Origin: Candidatus Omnitrophota bacterium
Lineage (GTDB): Bacteria; Omnitrophota; Omnitrophia; Omnitrophales; Aquincolibacteriaceae
DNA: 64,000 nucleotides
Assembly (NCBI GenBank): GCA_030698625.1
Contig: JAUYMS010000003.1
Coordinates: forward strand, 83,471 to 147,470
Direction of reading: 5' to 3'
Below, in pieces: positions 13,001-25,000 of this stretch. The stretch's first letter is position 1, and every line of letters starts with the position of its first letter. The position numbers and the translations under genes are program-made. The notes under the pieces are model-generated. The model saw only the letters and a program-made list of their open reading frames with translations. It had not been told where the DNA came from and did no database searches.

Positions 13001-16000
13001 CGATATTATCCCGCCCGCACAAAAACGACGGCATCGGTCTGAGCTCAGAAAGGGGAAGCCGATTGAGGATTATCTGAAGGAGCTCGAAAACGAGAAGGCC
13101 GTATTCGGACCGGACAACGCAGGGGAATTTTCAGAGAGCCACCGTTATGTGGACGGTATTCTTAAAAAACTGATCCTTACAGCGGGTTTTGATCCCGCAG
13201 AGTACTCTCTATACCTGGTCGATGACCCGGAACCCAAAGCCTGGATTCAGGGGCGCTATCCCGCCGTATTTATCTCGCTCGGCCTGCTGCGCTTTTTCGG
13301 GCGCCATCGGCTTTCACAAGACGCCCTGGCCCACCTCCTGGCGCATGAAGTGCTGCATCTCCGCCAGCATAAAGAGGACGAGCACTATAGCGGGCCGTCA
13401 AGCTGGTCTGAATACTACGCGGAGTACTATGCGAATGAGTACGACGCCGATGTCCGGGCACTCAGGCTTATGGCTGAGGCAGGATTTTCCATTCAGGACG
13501 CCGAATCGACTTTCGAAAAATTACGCGAGGGAATGGGCAAGAATGATTACTCGCCTCTCGGCTCCTACCCGCAGATGCGCACGCGCAGCGACCGCATCAA
13601 ACAGATCCGTGATTACGGGCGCTGGCCCGACAGCGCGCGCGCCGCGCCGCAGGCCATGCCTCAGGAGGTTCTTCGCGAGGCCATGCGTTTCTCGCTCAGG
13701 CGGCAGAAATGGCATCGCGCCAACCGCATTAATCAGGTGAAGGAGCTTTCCGAATTGATCGAGACGGCTGATGCGCTCAATGACCTTACGTTTATCCTAT
13801 GGTCGGGTCTCGGACGGCTCAAGAAGCGCCGGGTCCTGAAGTCGGCAAAGGTGCCGCATGCCGTCGAGTCCGCGCTCGTGACCCGGCTTGCTGCATTACC
13901 GATCTGGCCCGAATATCTCTCGGCCGACACGCGTGACCTCGCCGCGAAACTACTCGGTAAATTCCTGGCGGCGACTGTCTACGGAAAGTTTATGGAAAGA
14001 ACGGTGCTGATCGACCATGAATTGTTGAATGAAAAGGCATTGCTTGACGAGCTTTCGGAGATTTTTCACTCGGCAAAGAACGCGAAAGATGTGCTCGACC
14101 TGATCTCGGCGGCGATCTTTGTGACGATGCCGCAGCGCATCGCGCTCGGGCGTGAGACGGCCGGCGACGCTCAAAAATCCTATGCCGCATACCAAAACCG
14201 GTGGCATGCCGAACCGCGGCGGGGCGGTGACACGGTGGGATGGGTCTATACGTGGGAGCAGTTTCTGGGACGGGCGCTGCTCGAAGAAGTACCGTACGTG
14301 CCGATAGCCGGCCGGCAGGTCCGGTGGGGCCCTTTTATCCGCGTCGTCGGCTGGATTCAAGGGGCCGTCCGGTTCGTTCTCGGCCGGTTCGTAAGTATCG
14401 ATTGGATTCAGGTGCGTGACCCGCTTGCCGGGTGGACGGCGGCAGACCTCGGGCGCGTGTACGAAGCGGGCGCGGGGCGTACCTGGGGCGGGTATCATAT
14501 CGGTCCGATGCGTCATTCCAATGTGGTCGGCATCGACCACTGGTTGTTTCAGGCGGCGATCAATCATCCCGAACTCGTAAAGGCCATGGACACCGATACC
14601 TTCCGCCGTTTTGTCAAAGACGCCACGAAAATCGCGGTGGCCAAGGGGCCCGGCCACAGTGATGATCCCGAGACACAGGAAGCCAAGATGCGCAACATGA
14701 TTTATGAAGCGGCGTCTTTGGATGCCGCCAAGCGTGAGGTGATCCAAAATCTTCTGGGTAATGATTATGATGTCTTCGGCTTCTTCAGAACGGGGATCGA
14801 ATCGTTTCCCGATACCTGGATCTTCGGTGAAAACGCACCGGGTACCGGATATGCATACGCAGAAAAGAGAATGGATGATCTCATCCGGCAGCTGCACGCG
14901 CGGCGCGGGTCGATCAGCGGTATGGTGCTCCACCACTCGGAAGTGCTTCATGCAAGCGATCGTCTTGCGGAGAGCGCGAAACTGACGCAGACCGAACACC
15001 TGCGCCTCATGGCCCACCTTGCGAAGACCGAATGGTATTCGGCTGACATGATGTGGCACAGCCTGCTCGGCTGGGAATCGGGTCGCGTTCAGTGGATACC
15101 CTCTTTTCTCGGACAGGCCGACGACGAGCTGAACGCCTTCATCGACCTCGATTTGAGGGCGCGGCTCGGTGACGGCGTCTGGGAAAGCCTGCCGGTGACG
15201 GGACGGTTCATTTTTTATGCTTACCTGAACGATATCTACCAGTTGCCCGCCGACTGGGAAGCTTGGGACCGGGAAGTACAGTCGTGGAGCACGGAACAGA
15301 TCCGGTTGCTGCACAGGGTGGTTGCACAGAGTACGAACCGGCCCGTCTTCGACACGGATGCGAGGCTTGACCGCGAGGCGATCGACCGCCGGCCGCCGCT
15401 TCCTTACCGCCGTTCGCGCGAAGAGCTCTTGTTGCGCTTGAGTGTGCTGGGCCTTTTGAAGGAACAGGGCGTTTCTCTAAAGAAGTATTTGCCGCCGGTG
15501 GAACTCGGAAGGTCGGCGCCGAGCGGGGCCTTTGGTTTTGCGGATCAGCTGGCTGATTTGCCGCGCGGAAGGAAGGAGGACAATCCGCGCGTCAGGCGGG
15601 CGATGGATCACCTCTTTCACATGTTCCGGCTTGAAAAGGGCCGCTCGCCGTGGATTAACCGAACCGATATCGAAAAGAACGGTGAGCAGGGGATGACCGC
15701 CATCCTGGGTTATGTGTTCGCGGAAACCGGCGAGACTCCCGCAGACATGGCCGATCGTATCGCCCACTGGCTGCCGGCCACGGCTTATCGTAACTGGGTG
15801 CTCTATCTGATTTTCATGCACCACTACCTTGGCCGAACACTCGGCGTTAAGATAGACCGGAAACGGCTGGGGGATACGAGCTATATGGCGGAGGTGTGGG
15901 CAAGCGTGAGTGATAACCAGCGTGAATCCGCACGTCATTTTATTCGGGAAAAGATCGCACCACTCATGGTGCAGGATGCGCGATTGGAAGGCTTGAATCT

Positions 16001-19000
16001 CGCCAGGGTTTTTGACCATTTTATTCATGAGAAACTCCATGAGGTTGACGAAGCCGCTTACGAAAAGGCATTGCCGGGTTTTCAGGATGTAAGGTATTTC
16101 GTTCCGGGCACCGTGTTGACTCAGCTCGACCTCATGATGGGGGGCGTATTCTCCCCGGGAATTTCAGAGCAAATCGCCGATGCGGCAAGCGATCCTCAAG
16201 ATATTCTCGAACAGATCAGTACGGCCTATCCGCGTGCCTCGGCTGAGCGCGACCGTTTGTTGGTCGAACTTGCCGACCACGCGCGTGCCGATAGCGGCGT
16301 CCTCAAAGACATCATGCCGCTGCTTGACGGCCCGTGGTATAAGCAGGAAATCGGAGTGCGGGCACTTAGAAGCATTCGTGCTTCGCAATCCACAACGTCT
16401 GTTGACGATTCCCTGAAGCTCATCGAAAACTGGCTGCCGAGCGCGACGCCGATACGTGACGGGCTCCTTCACGAGGTCATTCAGGAAGAGGTCGGCACGC
16501 TTCCGGAACTGAATGCGGTGGAAGAAAAGCTCTTCGCACTGCAGCCGAACGAACAGAGGCGCCTGCGCGGAAACCAGGCCGTGGCGCTTATGGGCCTCGA
16601 GTTTTTTCAGGCCATATTCGGGTACGGCACTCCGATGGCCTCCAAGCTGGACCTCTTGGATTGGTTTTTCTTTGAGGGCGGCAAGCCGGACATCCTGCGG
16701 CGCTATGAATTTCATTTCCGTATTTCCTTTGAGGGTTTTATCGAGGAATCCGGCGATCTCGCCAAAAACGAACCTGAGGTTGCGCGCGAGGTCAGAAAAC
16801 GGCTTCTCGCGTTTGTGTTGGACGGCGACCAGGGTATTCTTTCAGACGACGATGCGACTGACGAACTTTTTAATCGGCTGCTGGCCCGCTGGCTTCCGGA
16901 AAACACCGAATTCGACATCGTCATCCGCACGGTTCTCGAGAGTTTGATCGGGCTCTCCGACCGTTTGCGAAAACGTGAAATCCTCATGCACCTGTTGGCA
17001 GGCCCCGACGATCTCAGTGCACTCGGAAACGACCCGGAACTCCGGCAAGCCAAAGTGGCGAAGCTCATTCTCGAAGCCAACGGCTTAGTCGGTATCAAAG
17101 TCGGACAGGTGCTCGCGAACTCGGCACTTGTGACCGATATGCCGGTGCCGATGAGGACGGAATTGGCGAACCTGCAGGACCGCGCCGACCCGATGGACCG
17201 CGCCGTGAGCTTGCGGATTCTCGACCAGATCCACAACGGCAAACTGCACGACCATTATCCGCGAATCGGCCGCGTGCTCGGGAGTGCATCCACCAGCGTC
17301 GTTTATGACGCATGGCACCGCAGCGGGCGGCACGTGGCGCTTAAGCTGCTGCGGCCGACCGCGCGAAATCGTACTGTCGGTGATCTCGCGATGCTGAAAC
17401 TCATACCGGCCGATGTCATCGAGCGGCTGAATGCGAAGAATATCGCAATTCCGGAGTGGCTTGAAAACTACCTCGGTCTGCTTGTCGGGCGCGTCGAACG
17501 TCTCGTGATGCCCGAACTCTTTTATACGGTGGAGGCACAAAGCATGGACCGGTTCAGGGTGCGTCAGCTGGCGCGGGGTTCGGCGCTCCGTATTCCCGAA
17601 GTCGTGGAAAATCCGGGTGACGATCTGATTGCGATGGAACTCATCGAAGATGCCGTGCCGGTTTCAGATGAAGCGGGCATCAATACCCGAGGGCGGCAGA
17701 TGGGTGATGTGCGGCGCGACATTGCGCAGGAGATGATCGTCGAAGTTCACGAAGGGGAATATCACGGTGATCCGCATCCCCGAAATTTCCTGGTCGACAA
17801 GGACGGCCGACTCTGGATGATTGATCTCGGTGCTGTCTACGAGGTGAGTCCGAAGAGTGCCGCATTTCTCATCAGCCTCGTCGCCGCCTTGCACATGGGC
17901 GCAGATATACGGCCCATTCTCGCGGACCTGCTTACGGCGAATGCGGATCCGGCCGCTCTTGAGTCGGCGATTTCAGAAGCGGCGCGAGTCGAAACAATTC
18001 CGGAAAAGATTGCCCAGATTTTCCTCACGCTTGACCAGCAGGCGCTATTGCCCGAAGACCTGGCGCTGACACAGCGGCTTTTCCTGCAGGGCGGTCACAT
18101 CTTCGAAGGCCTGAGTCTCTGGGACCTCATGCAGATCGGCGAACAGCTCAAAGACGGGCCTCAACGCTCCGAGCTCGGATCCGAAACCCCCGTCGTGCGG
18201 GAAGGTCTGCGGCCGGATTTGACACCGTTCATCGGTATCGGCGTACACCGTAAGGACCATCTGTCTTATGGGAACTCGGCCGCAATTGAAGGCGCGGAAA
18301 AGTTGACGGACTTTCTTCGGGACCGCGATTTGCTGCATGAGATACAGCTGACCGTCGAGACTGAGGCCCAGTCTCAGATCGGCCGCGAGATTGCGTCCAA
18401 ACTAGACCGGGTTCCCGACGCAACAATGCGTTTGATTGTGGACGGAGCGTTCATGCAAAAGTGCTGCTCCGAGGCCGTGCTGGGTATCTTTGACCACTTG
18501 GAGGCTAAACCCGGGCGTTTCGCGGAGCTCCATCTGCCCCTGGATCTTATCCTTTACTGGGACGACCGCCAGATGCGGGACTCTCCGCCCGAAGAAAAGG
18601 AGGAATATATTGCGATGCAGGTTCTCCCGAACCTTGAGCGCCGTGGTTTTGGATATAAGGCTTACGGTGTCAATCACCAGATCCTGGCCGAGCGCGACCC
18701 GCCCAAGGGAGGCGAAACCCGGCTGGTCGTCAAACTCTGGCATTCCGCCAAGGAAATGGAGAACTGGGCCGACAGCCTCGCGGCAAAACCCCTGAGGTCG
18801 GAGCTGAGGGCGCTCGAGCCGGTGATGCCGGTGAAGAAGGTGCTTGTCATGACGGGCGAATATTCTTATATGCCGTTTGACAAAGAGCGTGAATGGGAAC
18901 GGTACGTGGTCGATTACCTGCGCAAGGCCGGTGTCGAAGCAGAGTTTGTGTACGCCAACGGGGCGGGTGGAACCTTGCGGCGATTCGAAGAGGAGTTCGA

Positions 19001-22000
19001 TGAAATCGGTCTCGTGATCGCAACCGATGACGTCCTGCGCGGCGTCCGCGAACGGGAACGTCTGATCGGGCGGAATCCGGTGCCTTATATCTTAATGAAG
19101 ACGACCTATCTGCGAATGGACGAACCGGAGCTCGAAGAGCTCGGCAATGCGGTTTATGTGCATAGTGGGCTTGGGACATTGGACGAACTCAAGGAAATCA
19201 TTCCCGAGATTGTCGGCAACGCCGAAGGGGCGGTCTATGAGCCGTTTTGGACAGGAGAAGGCATTGAGGCGAAACCGGCGCGGGAAGGGGTCGAACATCC
19301 GGCCGTCGAGTTGCTTGAGGAATTACGGCAAGACCTCACAAATCCCACATTCCTGAAAAAGATTTACCGCGACACGACCGACTACGATGCCGAACCCCTG
19401 ACAGCGCGCTTCACGTTGATTCCCGGATACAGTCTACCGGCTTTTCCGATGACGCCCGCGAGTTTTCGTGACGACGTCCACCGCCGCATTATCAAGGAGG
19501 TTTATTCCATCCTGCCGCATGTCATCGAATTTCCCGTGGAGGCTACGGGCCGCGCGCCCGTGGTCATCGGAGCGGACTCCGATGAAGGCATCGCCCGGTG
19601 GGCGAAGACAATGAGGGTCGGCAGCCGTTTCGATCAGTGGATCAGCGATAAAATGCCTCTGGTCCATATCGAGCAAAGCCTCAACCGGATCATGACCGAA
19701 ATCGACGGAAAAGAACGTGCGAACAAGGCATTGAGGCGTAGTGTTTACAGGAAACTCGGATGGCGTGTCCACGATCTTGAAATCAAGAGCGAAGCGGCAG
19801 GCGATGAGGCGGGGCAGACGATATTTAATGTTATGGGAACGTGGCTCCTTGCGAACCCGGAGGCCGTCACTCGCGCCTGGGTGGCCGAAGACGAAGACGG
19901 CGCAGCGGCCGGTATGCTGGTACTCAAAAGAACGATTGCGAACGAAACCTTCGGTGAGCACCGGGAGATGGTGAATTCAGCGATCGCAATCGCATCGGAT
20001 GCGGCAACTCGCGGCAAGGGAATTGCGCCGCGTATGATTCGCGAGAGTTTCGAAGCCATGCGACAGAGGGGCATACGCTATTACTTCGCGGATATTGATT
20101 ACCGCAATAAACCGTCTTTCCGCACTTTTATAAAAACAGCGGCCGCGGCCGGGGCTACGGTGACTCACTTCCCCGAAATGACGACTAGCCGGGAAGAGGA
20201 ACGGCCGTTTCTGATCGACCTTTTTTCCGACCAACCCGCGCCGCGCGATCTTCCGGAAGCGCTGCCCTCCGATCCCGATGAGGCCTGGGCTTATGTTCTG
20301 GCGCAGGGATTGATGCAGGAGCCGAGCGATGAGTACTCGTGGACGCCACCGGCCGCTGACGGGGACCGGGCGGTCCGCGAGTATCGAGTCAAAGATGTGA
20401 CCGAAGAGATTGAGGCTGACGAAGATGCGGGGACCTGGATTGATTTTCAGGAACTTTATGACGACAAAGTGCATGCAAAACTTAGGGATATCACGGAATA
20501 CCCGGACCCGGCCGGCCATGAAGCAATGATGAGAGGATTTGAAGTCCAACCCGACGGCAGTTTTGATACCGTCAAACTTGAGGATGGGGCCTACTCTGCG
20601 ATTGTCCGCATTGCGGACCGCGCCGCCGTTCAGGATACCCAACAAGCCTTCCGCAAGTTTGTTGATGCGATTGCTAAGGTGTTTCCGGCGGATGTGCGTG
20701 ATCAAGTGCGCGTGTGGGAAACCGGCGAGGACAACCCCCATATCGGAACGGCGGTCTTTCAGGTGCCCGAAGTACTCTTGGGCGGAAAACAGCCCCGCTT
20801 GCAACCGCGGCATATCGAACCTCTGCAGGAACTTGTCCGTGAAATGACTCAGGACGAAGAAACAATTCCGCTCACTTTCTTGGGCTACGGCATCGGAGCC
20901 GACGGCGGCTTTGTGCGGCTCTACAGCGACCCGGCCGGCCGGTTCATGAAACTGCGCAACGCCCTTCTCCTCAAAGGCCACAAGGTGAGCCAGATGTACG
21001 CTTCGGGGCGGGGAACGAACATTATTGCTATGACCGGAGGCCGCATTTTGCATCTGCCCTATTCCGCCGATGCCGCGATTGCGGCCCGGCAGAAGGACCG
21101 CGTTCTGGAAATTGTGCGCGACAGGGCGCAGGCCTTTCAATCGCAGTGGGAACAGAACCTCGCAGAGCCTCAAATTCTTGATGTCGACGGCCTTACCTGG
21201 GTCTTGGAAGACAAGTGGCTGACCGAACGCAACGAACAAGGCGTCGAAGACGTCTTCTTTCCTTTTGGCGGCCGTTCGGAGCTGCGGAGTTTGAGCGAGG
21301 ATCTGTTAGCTGAGTTGGCTGCGGAGTACGCGGTATCACGGTTGACGAGCGGCAGGAATTCGGCCGAAGAGCAGGAGCTGATGCTGAAAACCATGCGGTC
21401 CGATGTCCACAAGGCAATCCTCTGGCGGTACAAGGGCCTTGAGTTTGAACTTCGCGAGCGTATCGAAGAGGTTGTCTTCGAAGCCGTTCAGGCTGCGGTG
21501 AGAACCTATGACGGAGTACGGCTGAGCTATCTCGATTATTTTTACGCGACGGCACAGGAAGCTATTTTGCATTTTTTCGCAAAATCCGTGCCGGCGGCAA
21601 AGCGGCCCTATCTGCTTTCGGAGCCGCTTGAGGCATATCTGAGGTTTCTGAGTCTCGAGAACCGCCGGCCGGAGCTCGACGAGTTTCTCGGTCTGACCGT
21701 AAATGATATGAAGAACGAAGATTACCTCGTCCTGCAGAGAGAAACGGATGCCGCTAACTACGAAGATTCGATTTCGGTGCCGGTTCGTGCGGCGGCGCCG
21801 GAGAATCAACTGCCGAAGCCCGTTCAGATCGCGAACGCGGGAATGGTGCGGCTTGCGAAAGCATTCGGAATTCAGGCGGCCGACATCACGGCAGCCATGA
21901 TCCACAGCGTGCCTAACACCGAATGGGCCGTGCTCTCCTTATTTTTCGGCATCGATGGCGAACTCATACAGGATCCCGAACAGATCGCCCGAAGGCTCAC

Positions 22001-25000
22001 CGAACTGGGTTACCGCGATGCGAATAATGAAGCGTTACGGGGCGAGAAAGTTTCCGACTACGTTGTCCGGGGTTTGAACCGCTTGCAAAATCGCGAAACC
22101 GGGCGCACGCGCCTTGCCGATGCGTTGGGCAAAAAGCCGACCGAAATTACGCCCGATCTCCTGCAGGCCTTGACCTCGCGTGAAGAGGCGCTCATCCGGT
22201 ATAAGTTTGGTATCGGTAAATCGCGTCTCATGACTCATCTTGAGATCGCCGAGAAGTTGACGAAGGAGGGCTTCAGCTTCAACGACGGTGTTCACGTGAC
22301 AAAAACACTCTACCGCATTTTACAAAAGCTGAAGACAGCTCAGACAGGGTGGCAACTGCTCGCCGCCGATCTCGGGAAGCCGGAAGAAGAAGCGAGACGT
22401 GATTTCGAGAAAAATGCGGCAAAAATGACCCAATTGGAAACATTGGCCGTCACCCATTATTACGGTCTCGGGGTCAACCGGATCAAAGACAAAACACGCC
22501 TGGCCAAGCATCTGAGTGATCTGACTCATGAGACCATCCGAAGGAATCGCCTTTACCGTCTGCTTGCGCGAGGCCTTGCCGTGCTGCGCGGCGAAAAGAA
22601 ACGCGTCCGCGTCAAATCCGCCTACCAACCGCCGATCATTTCGGAGATCCCGGAAGAAGTGGGCGTGACTGGCGACGAACTCCTTCAAGTCATGCGCGCC
22701 GCCGCAGGCGATCAATCTCTGGCGGAGGCATTGGTGCCCGTCCGGGATGCATGGTATGCGTTGCATCCGCTCGGGCGGGAAATCCTGATCATCAACTTCG
22801 GCCTCGGAGTTACGGCCGCAAAATCGCTTCCTGAGATCTCCAAACGCCTGAAAGAAAGTCCTTACTGGGTTGAGAAAAGTGATCCGGCAAAGACAACACT
22901 CACACGCCATCGCCGGTTAGCGCTTGCAGATCTAAAACAACGCGTGAGCGGCCTTAACCGCCTTGCCGAAGACACGGGTGTTTCCGAAGAGTATCTTCCG
23001 GGAATCATTTCGCAGGGACTCGCGCTTGAGCAGAAACGTGTTCTCAAGATGACTTTCGGACTCGATACCGAACGAATCGTGCCGGATAAATTAATCGTTG
23101 ATATCTTTCGTGATGCATGGAGCGAGGAAATCAATGCCATGCGGGTGCGGACAGTGCGCAGGGACGCACTGCAGAGGATCCGCGAATTTGCCGTCAACGC
23201 GGGTTATGCCGACGAGTCGGTTCTGACGAAACGGAAAAAAGACATGTCGAAACGGACGCCGCGGCCGCCCAAATGGACGCGCGAACGAGTCGACCAACTC
23301 ATCGCCGAGTCTGCGGACGAAAAGTTGCGCGCTACGATCCTGCATCGCCAAGGCCTGGGCGGGCTTGTCAATGCGGCGTCGGGTTTCTACGGGTCGTGGC
23401 AAAAGGCTCTGGAGGCGCATCACCGCGATATTACGAAAATCAACATACGAAAAACACCGCAGCGTTCGGAACTGCGGGCAGACAGTCCGGAGTTATCGGA
23501 TTCCCGAGATGCGGAATACAAAAAGAGACTGACGGACATTCTCGAACAGCGCGCTTTGATCATGGAGTTAAGAGAGCTTGAGCCCGCGAGCGATGAAATG
23601 GTAGCGGTCATCCTGGAGCGGTTGGGAGAATACGCGGCTTCCGCGAAAGCGAGCCTGGTTGATGTCGAGGATTTTAAGTTCGTCCTGCGCCTTGTGACGA
23701 ATCCCGCTTGGAGGACGGGTAAATTTAGTGAAAAGATGAAGGCGCTTACTCACCTTTGGGGATATGTGGTGTTCACAGCTGTACGGGAACATCGCATGAA
23801 TCCGCAACTCCGAAGCTCGGTAGACCACCTGATCACAGACATGCTTGGTGCGGAGTTTGAGAATAGGGCCCCTCTCCGCAGGATTCTAATTAACACCGAG
23901 GTTGGAAGCCCGTATCACGAAAAACCCCTGCACGGTGAGGAGCAAATGCTGGGCTCCGACTTTGTGTATTTGATCAAGAGTTTGGCTAAGAATCTGAATT
24001 TATCCGGCCGTCTGGCTGAGAGGAACGACCGCCTTGTCGGGCCCATCCTGCGGGCTTTCGAGGGCCGGTATGATTTTACGCTGACCGAGGCGGAGCGGGG
24101 CAAAATTCTGCAGTTGATGGAAGGCAATGACCTCCTGGCCATTTTTGTCTCGGCGATGGACAACGGGCTCACCCGGCCGCCTTCCAGAGAAATGACGCTT
24201 GAAGACATCCGCAAGATCCGCGGGAAATTCCGCGAGGTTGTGGCGGATTCGATAGGGTCGTATCCGGTCTCCGCGAGGGACCGGATCCTCGTTCGCATCC
24301 TGCAGAAGCAGCCCGAGCTTGGCCGTGAGTTGATGGCTGAGGCTCAGGCGGCTGTGAGTTACAGCCGTAAGCCCATCGACTTTGAGGCAGCCGGGGCAAG
24401 TACTGTGAAGAGGCGAAAAGGTGTGAATGTTGCCGATACCGAAGGTTTTGGTGACTTTGCAGTAAAGCACCCCGACCTTCATGCGGTTTTGACGTCCCGT
24501 GAGAGTCTGCTCACGCTCATGCAGACGGCTGCGCTTGTCCGCGACTTCTTTCCGTATACACTCACGGCCCCCGACAAACTGCAGACCCCGGTTCAGTTTG
24601 CCATTGAATACGGAATGTATCTGCCGTTGGGGCATGGCTATTATCTGACACCGATTTCCGGCTCGTTCAAACGTCACCTGCTCTTTACGATGGATGACAA
24701 GAACCGGCCGGTCATGACGGTGCCGATCAAGATTCCCGGAAAGATCCCGGGCCGCCGGCCCGCTCTAAACGGTGATCTCGACCGCTACCGCGATGCCCGT
24801 GAAGTCTTTGGCGACGATATGGAGATTGCCGGAGCGATGGGAACCGTGGAGCCGGCGGGACTCGAGTCCGTTATGCTCTATGGCGAAGAGCGCGAAGTCA
24901 CAGAGAAGGATCATCTGCGTGTTCTGGTCTTGGAAGGGCCCGAAGCCGGGTGGCGCGTCGAATATCTGCGCCATAAAGACCTGCAGCGGATCTCAGACCA

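Noticed and set aside
13950-15314. Long antisense or out-of-frame ORFs inside the giant gene, e.g. 13950-15314 (-) 454 aa, 19977-21239 (-) 420 aa, 36834-37751 (-) 305 aa and 1482-2162 (-) 226 aa.
   Set aside because: They lie entirely within the motif-supported +1 frame of the giant ORF. They are Arg/Pro/Gly-rich with no recognisable motifs, as expected for shadow ORFs in GC-rich coding DNA.
18168-18179. Perfect 12-nt palindrome TCCGAGCTCGGA at the RSELG variant.
   Set aside because: It is a by-product of the codon choice for S-E-L-G in this one copy and is not shared by the other copies, so I do not treat it as a protein-binding DNA site.
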